From NCBI GenBank assembly GCA_965237575.1, contig CBDEGI010000004.1, positions 2,953,746 to 3,017,745 of the forward strand: DNA of 64,000 bases, given 5' to 3'. The stretch is from Bryobacterales bacterium. GTDB lineage: Bacteria > Acidobacteriota > Terriglobia > Bryobacterales > UBA6623. The notes beneath the pieces are model-generated. The model ran no database searches and was not told where the DNA came from. It was given only the letters and a program-made list of their open reading frames with translations. Positions 10,287 to 19,491 of this stretch are shown in pieces (position 1 is the stretch's first letter; every line of letters begins with the position of its first letter). The position numbers were made by a program, and so were the translations under genes.

Positions 10287-11675
10287 ATGACATATGGTCG
10301 ACCTCTTCTGCTTCTCCTCTGTGTATTCGCGCTTGACGCCGCGGGCGCCGAGTTGCATGTGGGCCGGGCCGCCGTTTCGATCACCCCTCCCATTGGCAGC
10401 CCGATCGGAAGTTCGTACGGGCTTAGGCCCGCCGCCGGCGTGCGGGACAACCTGTTCGCGAAAGCGATCGTTTTGGAATTGGACGGCGCCAAAGCCGCGA
10501 TCGTCGCGTGCGACCTCATAAGCATCCGAAAAGAGATCGTGTCGGAAGCGCGCCGGCTTGTCGGCGCCGGCACCGGCGTACGCGGCGACCAGATGATGCT
10601 GAGCGCGACGCACTGCCACGCCGGACCGCAGATGCATCCACTTTTCCTGTCACAGGTCCCTGATGCCGCGCGGAAACTCGGAGAAGAGTACGTCGCTAAA
10701 CTCCCGGGCAAAATCGCCGCAGCCGTGCGCTTGGCGGAAGCCGATCTGCAGCCGGCCCGTGTCTGGACGGCGTCCGCTCAGGAACATGAGATCAGCTTCA
10801 ACCGGCGCTTTCTCATGAAGGACGGCTCGGTTCGAATGAACCCTGGCCGAGGCAATCCTGAGACCGTGCGAGCCGTCGGTCCTATCGATCCTACCGTCTC
10901 AGTCATCTACTTCGATACCCCGGAGGGGAAGCCTCTGGCAACCCACGTGAATTTCGCGCTCCACGTCGCGATTGCAGGCGGCGGTGAGGTGTCTGCCGAT
11001 TACCCTGGCGTGCTCTCACGAACGCTCTCCGCGGTGAAAGGCCCGGACATGCTGACGCTGTTCACCAATGGCATGTCGGGAAACATCAACCATCTCGATG
11101 TGAACGACAGCAGGCAGTTGCGTGGGCACGTGGAGGCGGCGCGCATAGGCACCATCCTGGCGGCGGACGTTCTGAAGGCCTACAAGCGCCTGCGGCCGTT
11201 GACGCCCACGAGATTGGAGGCCCGCACGCACGCGGTCGCGGTGCCCGCGCCGACATTCGCCCGTGAAGAAGTGGAGGCGGCGCGAAAAACTTTGGCGGAC
11301 TTCGGCAAGCCCGGCGCGCCTGCGTTTCATGACGTTGTGCGCGCATGGAGGGTGCTCGATGTTGCGGCTCTCGATGGAGGGCCTCTCGACACGGAAGTGC
11401 AGGCGATTGCGATCGGCGACGAGCTGGCGTGGGTCGGCATGCCTGGGGATGCGTTCGTTGAACTCGGCCTGGCGATCAAGCAGAACTCGCCCTACCGCTT
11501 CACGGTCGTTAGCGAGCAGTCAGCCAGCGGCTCTATCAGCTACGTGCCCAACCGGAAGGCGTTTCCCGAGGGCTCCTATGAAGTGATCAGTGCGCGTTTC
11601 GAACCGGGCGGTGGCGAACTGCTGGCTGAAGCGGCTATCCAGCTTCTTATCGACATCTACCAGAGGTCCAACTGA
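10287..11675 (+). CDS. neutral/alkaline ceramidase-like secreted hydrolase
   Basis: Signal peptide; ITPP, SATHCHAGP, FNRR, NFALH, SADYPG, YVPNRKAFPEGSYE motifs. Confidence 0.8.
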   Translation: MTYGRPLLLLLCVFALDAAGAELHVGRAAVSITPPIGSPIGSSYGLRPAAGVRDNLFAKAIVLELDGAKAAIVACDLISIRKEIVSEARRLVGAGTGVRGDQMMLSATHCHAGPQMHPLFLSQVPDAARKLGEEYVAKLPGKIAAAVRLAEADLQPARVWTASAQEHEISFNRRFLMKDGSVRMNPGRGNPETVRAVGPIDPTVSVIYFDTPEGKPLATHVNFALHVAIAGGGEVSADYPGVLSRTLSAVKGPDMLTLFTNGMSGNINHLDVNDSRQLRGHVEAARIGTILAADVLKAYKRLRPLTPTRLEARTHAVAVPAPTFAREEVEAARKTLADFGKPGAPAFHDVVRAWRVLDVAALDGGPLDTEVQAIAIGDELAWVGMPGDAFVELGLAIKQNSPYRFTVVSEQSASGSISYVPNRKAFPEGSYEVISARFEPGGGELLAEAAIQLLIDIYQRSN

Positions 11676-11950
11676 GCCCGGATAAACTTGGAGCAGTTAC
11701 GGAGTACTGGGTCTACCAGCGATCCCGTCTGCGTTGGAAACGTTGAGGTTATCGTGTCCGAGTTGATAGTCTCGAAGAACCATGCGAAGCATCGGCTGGC
11801 CGACGAAGGCTAACGTGTCGCCCGAGCCCCACGCAAGATGCTGCCGTACAAGTGATTGTTAAGTGTGCCTGCGGCGAGCCTCCCACGCCGCTTGAAGGGC
11901 GCACCGGGATCGATTGCCGGATGTGACTGGAGCATCCGGGATTGGCCCAA

Positions 11951-12206
11951 ACTGGGGTATGCACTTGACTCCCGAAGCCCCAAGGTCTAGTATCCGGGCT
12001 CTGGAGGACTATTCGCGCACGCTGGGGAGTTTCAAGAGCGCTTCGCCTTCAGGTTTCAAAGTCAACCGCTGCCGTCCCCCCGCGGGGCGCAATGAGCGGC
12101 GGCTATAGGACCCACGACCGCTGCCCGATGGCCCCTCGAGGGTGCGGTCGCCGCAGTCGCCGACCACAAGGTGTGGGGTCGTCGGGAGTCAAGTGCATAC
12201 CCCGAT
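11951..12206. mobile_element. MITE copy A (~256 bp, non-autonomous)
   Basis: 25-bp TIR ACTGGGGTATGCACTTGACTCCCGA vs reverse complement ATCGGGGTATGCACTTGACTCCCGA (2 mismatches); flanking direct repeat (T)GGCCCAA at 11943-11950 and 12206-12213. Confidence 0.88.
11965..11993 (+). promoter_or_regulatory. sigma70-type promoter inside MITE A left end, overlapped by an NrdR-box-like 16-mer
   Basis: TTGACT (11965-70) -17 nt- TAGTAT (11988-93); CCCCAAGGTCTAGTAT at 11978-11993. Confidence 0.55.
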
Positions 12207-12311
12207 GGCCCAATTGTTCTTACATCGCCGTCCCGCATGCCAGAACCCCAAAAGGCATTCCAAGAGGGCGGCGGCGGTCCAGCGGTGGCCCTTCCGGTGT
12301 GTGAATCTCCG

Positions 12312-12839
12312 TCACTTTACGGTGAAGAGTACGGAAGCGCTATGGTTCTCCCACTCCAGCGTGAGCTTGCCCTCATCGCTCAGTGTGTATTTCAGGTTCT
12401 CTACCATTGTCGACGGCTTGCTCATGGTCATCTTGACGCGGCCGAGGTCCTGCGCCTGGTCATAGCTCAGCCCCCATTGGCCGGTTTGCTTGTTTAGGAT
12501 GAGCTCCCAGTTGTTGGGGTCCGCCAGATTCACGAATAGCGTGTAGTCGCCACTCGGTACCGCTAGGCCACCAATGTCGAGAGTGGCATCGGTATGAAAG
12601 GCGGTGGCGGCGTTTGCGCCCGCCCTCCAGACCGGATAGGCACGGTCTTGAGCGATTCTCCCGTCCTTGCCAAAGAGTTTTCCTTCTCGGCCTCGCACCC
12701 TCGGTGACGAGTAAGTGATAGTGATCGTGTTGCCGCCGATTGTCACCGTTTCCGTTGCCCCTGGGCTTTGTTGAGCTGGGGCGAGACTCGCGGTGCCAAG
12801 GAGCGCGCCGATTGAGATGCAGATCAGAAGATCCTTCAT
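12312..12839 (-). CDS. DUF2911 domain secreted protein
   Basis: Signal peptide; SP..T..ITYSSPRVRGR, WRAGANAAT, NKQTGQWG, LEWEN. Confidence 0.88.
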   Translation of the reverse strand: MKDLLICISIGALLGTASLAPAQQSPGATETVTIGGNTITITYSSPRVRGREGKLFGKDGRIAQDRAYPVWRAGANAATAFHTDATLDIGGLAVPSGDYTLFVNLADPNNWELILNKQTGQWGLSYDQAQDLGRVKMTMSKPSTMVENLKYTLSDEGKLTLEWENHSASVLFTVK

Positions 12840-12980
12840 GTCCGGGTCCCTCCTAGTCTTGACCAGGATTTCCATTTTGGCATCCTGACGCCGAGAGCAT
12901 ACACCCACTCTGGCCCCCAGCACAACCCGGCAGGATCGGGGGATGAGCGAGGACCGGTTGCTCGTGAATCTCTGTTGTCG

Positions 12981-13009
12981 GGAGTCGGAGCGCCATTGTC
13001 AAGTTAACG
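12981..13009 (-). repeat. right arm of imperfect inverted repeat (partner 10211-10239)
   Basis: GGAGTCG-N8-TTGTCAAGTTAACG. Confidence 0.55.
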
Positions 13010-13137
13010 ACGCAAAGGCGGTTTGCCTCGAAGATCGTCCGAGGGTTCTCCGCCTCGGCAAAGACACGGGCCTTCTTCCAGCCGGCGATAGGGTATCGTT
13101 TCGGCCTCGGCCGAGCGGCTGCTAGAATGCACCCGAG

Positions 13138-14541
13138 ATGACCCTTTGGTTGGTGCTGCTTCCGGCGTTGCTTTTAGCCCCTACCTTGCATGGCGCGGAC
13201 TGGATGCGCTTTCGGGGACCGAACGCCACGGGCGTGGCTGCGGGGCCGATCGTTGAGCGGCCTTCGCTTGACGGAAATTTGCTTTGGAAAACGCCGTTGC
13301 CGACAGGGCATTCTTCCCCGGTGGTCAGCTCCAAGAAGATCTACGTCACGGCGGTTGAAGACGAAAGACTCTATACGCTGGCGCTCGAGCGGGAAACCGG
13401 AGAGATCCTGTGGCGTAGGGAAGCGCCTCGCCCGCGCCGCTCGGAACTTCATGAGAACAACAACGCCGCCTCGCCTACGCCGACGAGCGACGGCGAGAAC
13501 GTGTATGTATTTTTCGGCGATTTCGGGTTGCTGAGCTATGGCCCGGACGGCAACGAGCGTTGGCGCGTCCCGCTGGGGCCGTTCGTCAACATTCGCGGCA
13601 TGGCGTCGTCGCCGGTGGTGGAGAACGGGAAGGTCTTCCTGCTGTTGGACGACGACAGCGGCCGTTCGTTCCTGATCGCCGTCGACGCTGAGACGGGCCG
13701 GGAGTTGTGGCACGCCGACCGCAAGGAGTTCGGCAAGGGGTTCTCGACGCCGGCCGTGTATCGTCCCGCGCATACGCCGGCGCAATTGATCGTACCGGGG
13801 TCCTTCGCGCTGCTGTCGTACTCGATGGAAACAGGCGAAGAACTGTGGCGGGTCGGCGGACTGTGCTGGCAGGCCAAGGCGGTGCCGCTGATCGACGACA
13901 AGCGCGCCTATTTCAACTGTCAGGGGGCGGCGACGGATGCGATGGCCGGCCGGTATTCGGACTTCGCGGGCGCGTTGAAACTCATGGACGCCAACGGCAA
14001 CGGCGCTCTGGATCAGGACGAATTCTATGAGAGGCGCCGCGGCAAGTTCCCCGAGTACGACTTCAGCAAGGACGGCGTGATGGACGAGCGTGAATGGAAC
14101 TTCTTCGTGCGGCGAATGGCGACGCGGCCCGGCATTTTCGCGGTGCGCCTGGGAGGGCTCGACGAGGTAAGCGACACCCGCGTGGAATGGGCCCAAGAGC
14201 GAAGGATGGGGAATGTGCCGTCCCCGCTGCTGTATGAGCGAGTGATCTACTCCGTGCGCGACGCGGGTATTCTGTCAAGCATCGACGCCGAGACAGGAGA
14301 GATTCTCAAGCAAGCGCGGCTGCCGCAAGCGATGGGCGCCTACCGTGCATCTCCGGTCGCCGCCGACGGCAAGCTGTTCTTGTTGGACATGGAGGGCACG
14401 CTCACCGTGGTGAAGGCCGGGGGCCAATGGGAAGTGTTGCACAGCTTGGCGCTCGACGAGGGCGGTAGCGCGACCCCGGCCATCGCCGACGGTCGGCTCT
14501 ACGTGCGTACCCACCAGAACCTCTATTGCTTCGGAGAGTGA
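13138..14541 (+). CDS. PQQ-like beta-propeller (BamB-like) secreted protein with EF-hand-like insert
   Basis: DWMRFRGP start, GHSSP/ASPTP/SSPV repeats, DANGNGALD and DFSKDGVMD loops. Confidence 0.85.
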   Translation: MTLWLVLLPALLLAPTLHGADWMRFRGPNATGVAAGPIVERPSLDGNLLWKTPLPTGHSSPVVSSKKIYVTAVEDERLYTLALERETGEILWRREAPRPRRSELHENNNAASPTPTSDGENVYVFFGDFGLLSYGPDGNERWRVPLGPFVNIRGMASSPVVENGKVFLLLDDDSGRSFLIAVDAETGRELWHADRKEFGKGFSTPAVYRPAHTPAQLIVPGSFALLSYSMETGEELWRVGGLCWQAKAVPLIDDKRAYFNCQGAATDAMAGRYSDFAGALKLMDANGNGALDQDEFYERRRGKFPEYDFSKDGVMDEREWNFFVRRMATRPGIFAVRLGGLDEVSDTRVEWAQERRMGNVPSPLLYERVIYSVRDAGILSSIDAETGEILKQARLPQAMGAYRASPVAADGKLFLLDMEGTLTVVKAGGQWEVLHSLALDEGGSATPAIADGRLYVRTHQNLYCFGE

Positions 14542-14705
14542 AGCGCGGGCTTAGCGGCTGCCGGCTCGCTCGGCGCGCTGCTTGATGTTCCGGAAAAACC
14601 CTTGGGTGGACGTTGTAGATGATAACGTCCGACCAGGTATCGTTCGCAAAAAGTCAATCTGGGCCTGATGGCCTTCGCCAAGCTCCGTAGCCATGGATTC
14701 TCTGA

Positions 14706-15880
14706 TCACCTTTCGAAAGAGTCGCGTAGCGCAGGCAGATGTTTGAGGGCGTTCTGGTAGTAGATTTTGCGGATCACCTCATCGGGCAGATAGGCACCGT
14801 GGATCGCCCAGCGTCCCTGTAGGGGCGCCCCCAGCGGCGACAGCATTTGCGCCGGGTGGTCGAAGTACTCATCGTCGGTCTCGAAATATCGCCAGTGCGG
14901 TGTCCAGAATCGCTCGACTTGGCGGCTCGGATTGCCATCCGATCCGAACAGCACGCGGTTCTGGTATTTGATCAGGAACGCGCGGCCGGAGAAGGGCTGC
15001 CGGCCGAGATCCTGGATACGGGCAGAGACTTCCACATCGACGTTGGGAAACTTGTCGAGCATTTCCCCGACGCGCTTCAGATCGAAGGAAATCATCGCGA
15101 TGTGTGCGTTCACGAAGCGCGTGTTGGGGTGTGCGGCGAACATGTTCTCGCGATGCTCGAAAATCTCTTCAATGCCAGGCGGCCGCTGCCGTAATAGTTC
15201 CCGTCGACGTCGCTACGCCACTGACCGGCCTCCCAACGTTCGTTCGCCGGACCGATCGGCTGGAAGCGAGCAACCGAGTCGCTGACGTGGATCATCACGG
15301 GCTTGCTGTGGCGGGCGCACATCTCCCAGACGGAGTCCAGACGCGGGTCATCACATTGAACGTATGTGCCGTCCGCGTTTTGAACTTCGAGACCGAGCCG
15401 TTTGCTGATCTTGAGTCCCGCGGCGCCGGCTCGGAAACAACGATCGAGTTCGGCGGCGGCCTGTTCCGACCAACCTGGCTCGTCGATGCCTTCCCAATCG
15501 ATGCGGGCGAACTGCAGGAATCGGTCGTTGTAGGGTTCGCTCGCCTTCATGTTCTTGTCGAAGGTCTCGCCATAGCCGCCGTCCATGTTGCAAATGACGC
15601 CCACGCCTGCCTGGTCCATCTTGGCGATCATCGCCTCATAGTCTTCGAGGGTTTGCATCCTGCGCCCGTGGAAGTGAAAGTCAACGGTGGGATACTTAGC
15701 CTTCTCGATGGGTGTTCGCTTGACGACAAGTACCGAATCCGGCATCGGCCCCTGCTCCGGCGCCGGCTTGAAGTCCGGGTGATTGGGAAACTGAAGCGTA
15801 GCCCCGGTCTGTTCTGAAGGGGTATGGGAACAGCCGATGGCGAAAACGAACAGCACCAACTTGAACCATCGTTGTTTCAT
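14706..15880 (-). pseudogene. amidohydrolase family lipoprotein, split by one frameshift near 15180
   Basis: Lipobox, DFHFH, GLKISK, MIHVSD in the 5' ORF; VNAH, LFGSDG, KIYYQNA in the 3' ORF; frames join as YYGSGR/PGIEEIFEHRENMF. Confidence 0.8.
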
Positions 15881-16065
15881 GGACCTCTCTCCTCTGCGCG
15901 AGCCGGCTGCGGGTCTGTCCCCTGCCACCGCCGGCCTAGAGTCTAGAGCGGCTGGTGTGGTCTGTCAATCTGGCCGCCGCCTGCTGGATGAGATACGATC
16001 ACGGGGCAATCGACGATCCGGCTACCGCCGGACGAGTCGTCCGCCAAAATGAGTGGAGTCGCGTC

Positions 16066-16773
16066 ATGAAAGGACAGATATTCTTGCACGCAGCGGCTTG
16101 GCTTCTAGCCGGTTCCGTCTGCGTATTGCTGCGGTGCGGCGACAGCACGTCCCCTGCCGACTCGGAACACCAAACCTGGACGTTCGACCGGCTTGACGAA
16201 ATCGGGGGGCACCGGCCGACAGTTTTGGGCGATCCGCGTGTGATCGATACGGCGCTCGGGAAAGCAATCGAGTTCGACGGGGCGGATGATGCCCTCTTTT
16301 TCGACGTCCACCCGCTCGCCAATACCGAGACGTTCACCTGGGAGGCCGTTTTTCGTCCCGATGGCGGCGCGGTTGAGCAGCGCTGGTTTCATCTCAGCGA
16401 AAACCCGGCGACCGGTGCTGACCCGGAGAATCGCATGCTATTTGAGATTCGAGTAATCGACGACCAGTGGTGTCTCGACGCCTACGTTCAGTCGGGTGAC
16501 GCTCGCAAGGCACTGCTCGATCGCAGCCACCTCCAGCCGCTCGGCGACTGGTATCATGTGGCCGCGGTCTATGACGGCCGCGAGTTTCGCAGCTACGTCA
16601 ACGGCGAGTTGGACGGCGCGGCCGAACTTGACCTGCCTCCGCAAGGCGAGGGGCGTTCTTCGGTCGGCGTGCGAATCAACAAGGTTTACTACTTCAAAGG
16701 AGCTGTCCGCCAGGCTCGCTTCACGCGGCGGGCGCTTGCGCTGGACGAGTTTTTGAAGTTGCCGAAACCGTAG
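16066..16773 (+). CDS. LamG/concanavalin A-like domain protein
   Basis: AIEFDG, FTWEAVFRP, WYHVAAVYDGREFRSYVNG, FKGAVRQARF. Confidence 0.85.
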   Translation: MKGQIFLHAAAWLLAGSVCVLLRCGDSTSPADSEHQTWTFDRLDEIGGHRPTVLGDPRVIDTALGKAIEFDGADDALFFDVHPLANTETFTWEAVFRPDGGAVEQRWFHLSENPATGADPENRMLFEIRVIDDQWCLDAYVQSGDARKALLDRSHLQPLGDWYHVAAVYDGREFRSYVNGELDGAAELDLPPQGEGRSSVGVRINKVYYFKGAVRQARFTRRALALDEFLKLPKP

Positions 16774-16774
16774 T

Positions 16775-17020
16775 AGCCAGGGCGAGAGGTTCGAGGGCCG
16801 GTTCACATAGTACTCGGACCACACCAGCAGCAGACACCCATCTTTCAACGGGAAGATCTGTTGGTGGTCGTGCCGAGGATTCTCGGCCGTCCAAGGGCAG
16901 AGGCTGAACAACTCGCCGAGTCCCCCCTTGGGCTGCGCGGGCCCGGGTGTTTGCGAGTGCAAGCGCACCTGATGACAGCGCAACGAACCTTCGCCGGTCG
17001 ATGCCTTGATAGCTCTTCAT
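16775..17020 (-). pseudogene. 5' fragment of Tat-exported sialidase-like gene (frameshifted, truncated)
   Basis: DRRRFVAL Tat leader then, in another frame, CPWTAENPRHDHQQIFPLKDGCLLLVWSEYY (sialidase-like N-terminus); ends at the convergent LamG gene. Confidence 0.55.
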
Positions 17021-17029
17021 TGCTGCTTC

Positions 17030-17359
17030 CTCGCGTTGACGGTGACCGTCGTAGCCGTCGAGACCACCACCGGCCCCCGCTGGAACGTCTTGAAGGACGA
17101 CGAACCCACCGTCACTCGGTACCGGCCCACCTGCAGGTTGGGCATCAAGAAGTTGCCCGAGTCTCGTAGATTCGGTTACTGACTCCAGGCCGGTTTCGAG
17201 GTTGAGAATCCTGATCTCGGCCCCGGGAATTACGGCGCCGGTCGTATCCTAGACGGCGCCTGTGATCGCCCCGAAATTCCCTTGCCCCATGGCCACCGGA
17301 GAGCTGATCCACATGCCAAAGAGCACCAACAACAACCATTTGCCTGAATCGATCTTCAC
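17030..17359 (-). pseudogene. N-terminal fragment of TonB-dependent receptor (carboxypeptidase regulatory-like domain)
   Basis: Signal + GQGNFGAITGAV*DTTGAVIPGAEIRILNLETG, frameshift, GNFLMPNLQVGRYRVTV..FKTF; barrel missing. Confidence 0.7.
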
Positions 17360-17360
17360 C

Positions 17361-18866
17361 TTAGAACCCGCTAGGTTTTTGTTTCGAGTTGACCGAGCTA
17401 CGGAGCGCCCCGTACAAAAGGTCCTCCGAGCAAACCGTCAGCGGTGAAAGCAAGCTGGTGACATATCCTGTGAAGAAAGTCACGACCGTTCCGATGCCAC
17501 AATACCACGACCAAGAGATGTCCGTACTGGTCATGACCATTACGACGCTTGCCATTCCCAGTACCGAGCCGATGACGACGCCGGCGGCCCCGGCCCGCTT
17601 TACGAAAATGCCGAGAAGAAACATCCCAAAAAGAGCGCCGGTAATCACGCTGCCAAGCTTGATTCCCGCGGTTATGACCGTTCCAAATTGAAGTACGAAA
17701 AGAGCGGCGACAAAACTGAAGCCGCCCCAGAAAAGTGTCAGCAGACGGGCGCGACGAATCCAGGCTTGCTCACCGGCGTTGTCTGAGAAGTGGAGCTGCC
17801 AAACGTCGACGAGGGTTACCGTTCCCATCGAGTTCAGCATCGAGCTGAGCGTTGACATTCCCGCGGCAACTGCGGCCGCGATGAATGCGCCCTTGAAGCC
17901 CGTGGGCAGCGCCGCCATGACGAACGCCGTAAAGACTCGATCGGGCGGGGTACCCGGCGGTACGCTGCCCGGCTGCAAAGTATTATGAGCGAATAGAACG
18001 ACGCCTACGAAAAGAAAGATGATCCACAGGCCTAGGATGCCGACGCTGCTGAGTAGAATCGTCCGGCGGGAGTCCCGCTGCGACGGCGTCGTCATGTAGC
18101 GCTGAATCAAAACTTGATTGACGCTCTGGTTTCCGGCGTGCCAAAACAGCATGCTCACAAGGGCCGCCCAGAACGTAATCTCCGCCGTGAAATCGAACGA
18201 GAAGTTGAACGTGCGCAGTTTGTCATGCTCCGCGGCGGTTTGGATCAGTACCGACAGGCCACCCTCCGTGGTGGAAACGGTGTAAATCAGCAGACCGACG
18301 GGCACGGCGGCGAATACGAAAAATTGGACGACATCGGTCCAGATGACGGCCCTCATGCCACCGATCGACGTGTAAAGTAGAGTCGCGACCAGCAAGATCG
18401 CGACGGCCGCCTCGTAAGAGATTCCAGTTGCTTCCGACATGACGAGACTCGGTGCGGCGATCACTGTGCCTAACACGAGCGCCGTTTCGATCTGGAAGAT
18501 CAAGCTGGCGTACGATTGAACGCACGAGTTGAATCGTCTGCCCAGGTACTCGTAGGCAGAGGTGATCTTGAGGTGGCTGTAGAAAGGCAGGAAGATGACG
18601 GCTGCGATTAGCGCCGCCAACGGCAGCACCAGGTACATCTGCAGATAGGTCAGATCCCCCGCGAAAGAAAGCCCGGGCAGACCGATCAGGCTCTTGGCGC
18701 TGATGCCGGTGGCGACCATCGAGGCCGTGGCCGCCAGCCAAGGAACTTGGCGATTCCCGAGAAAGTATTCGGAGGTGGAAGACTGCCTACGGCGGGAGGC
18801 AAGCAGCCCCACCAGCGTTATGCCGATCACGTAGACAGCAATGATGGTGTAGTCGAGCAGCGACAT
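17361..18866 (-). CDS. sodium:solute symporter (SSS family)
   Basis: LDY..EYFLGNR, SAYEYLGRRF, GGMRAVIWTDVVQ, QRY, AAGMSTLSS; about 13 TM segments. Confidence 0.92.
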   Translation of the reverse strand: MSLLDYTIIAVYVIGITLVGLLASRRRQSSTSEYFLGNRQVPWLAATASMVATGISAKSLIGLPGLSFAGDLTYLQMYLVLPLAALIAAVIFLPFYSHLKITSAYEYLGRRFNSCVQSYASLIFQIETALVLGTVIAAPSLVMSEATGISYEAAVAILLVATLLYTSIGGMRAVIWTDVVQFFVFAAVPVGLLIYTVSTTEGGLSVLIQTAAEHDKLRTFNFSFDFTAEITFWAALVSMLFWHAGNQSVNQVLIQRYMTTPSQRDSRRTILLSSVGILGLWIIFLFVGVVLFAHNTLQPGSVPPGTPPDRVFTAFVMAALPTGFKGAFIAAAVAAGMSTLSSMLNSMGTVTLVDVWQLHFSDNAGEQAWIRRARLLTLFWGGFSFVAALFVLQFGTVITAGIKLGSVITGALFGMFLLGIFVKRAGAAGVVIGSVLGMASVVMVMTSTDISWSWYCGIGTVVTFFTGYVTSLLSPLTVCSEDLLYGALRSSVNSKQKPSGF

Positions 18867-19119
18867 GGCCTTGCCGTCTCTACAAGTCCATCAGGTTATC
18901 TAGCCATCCATCTACGCCCCAACGCCCCAACGGCACGGATCACCGGTGGAGGGAGGACCTAGAGAGCGGGTTTTTCAGGAAGGAGCACTCCGGGGAGCTG
19001 AACGTCATGAGTCTCATCCCAGGCGAATTTCCAACTTGGATCTTGCGCGCCTCAACTCTACGCCCCTCCGTCTCCCGAATGCAAGGATTCTTTTGACCCC
19101 AGGCAGGCACGCACTGGGC

Positions 19120-19265
19120 CGGGTATTGCGACGTGACCGCCCATCCCACGGAGGAGTGGACCGCAGTAGATTCGAGAGGCATTTCTCTGGGAGACGGCTC
19201 CGTGTTTCCTACTGCGCGACCGGGACAGGATCTATGGAGGGGCCTGTTGGGACTGCGTGGCGACA
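19120..19265 (+). mobile_element. decayed integrase-core (rve) transposase remnant
   Basis: Across a frameshift reads VTAHPTEEWTA-IREAFLWETAPCFLLRDRDRIYG, resembling rve-type transposases. Confidence 0.6.
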
Positions 19266-19491
19266 CCCGCCGACTGAGAGTGTTGAAGGCCCTCCACGGC
19301 CGCGAACGGCGCATCTGCTCAAGTCGCAGCGATCGGTCTTCTGGAACTCGCTCACGTCGTCGCGAGAGCTTCGTGCCCCGTGGCTTCGAGCAGGGCGCGG
19401 CGGGTCTCGGCGGTGGCGTGTACAGTACAATGGGCTTGCATCGTGCCCAGACAGCTTGGAACATGTCCTACGACAGCCGAAGGGACAATAC

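Noticed and set aside
14600-14660. GGACGTT..AACGTCC hairpin and GGTATCGTTCGCAAAAAGTC as a possible IS end
   Set aside because: No matching second end or transposase sequence; the hairpin fits termination between convergent genes
15170-15190. Programmed frameshifting in the amidohydrolase (likewise the sigma54 activator and nitronate monooxygenase)
   Set aside because: No slippery heptamer or stimulatory structure visible at the shift sites
18946-19491. 182-aa N-terminal extension of the glycoside hydrolase ORF
   Set aside because: Covers a transposase remnant; signal peptide and RBS point to 19492
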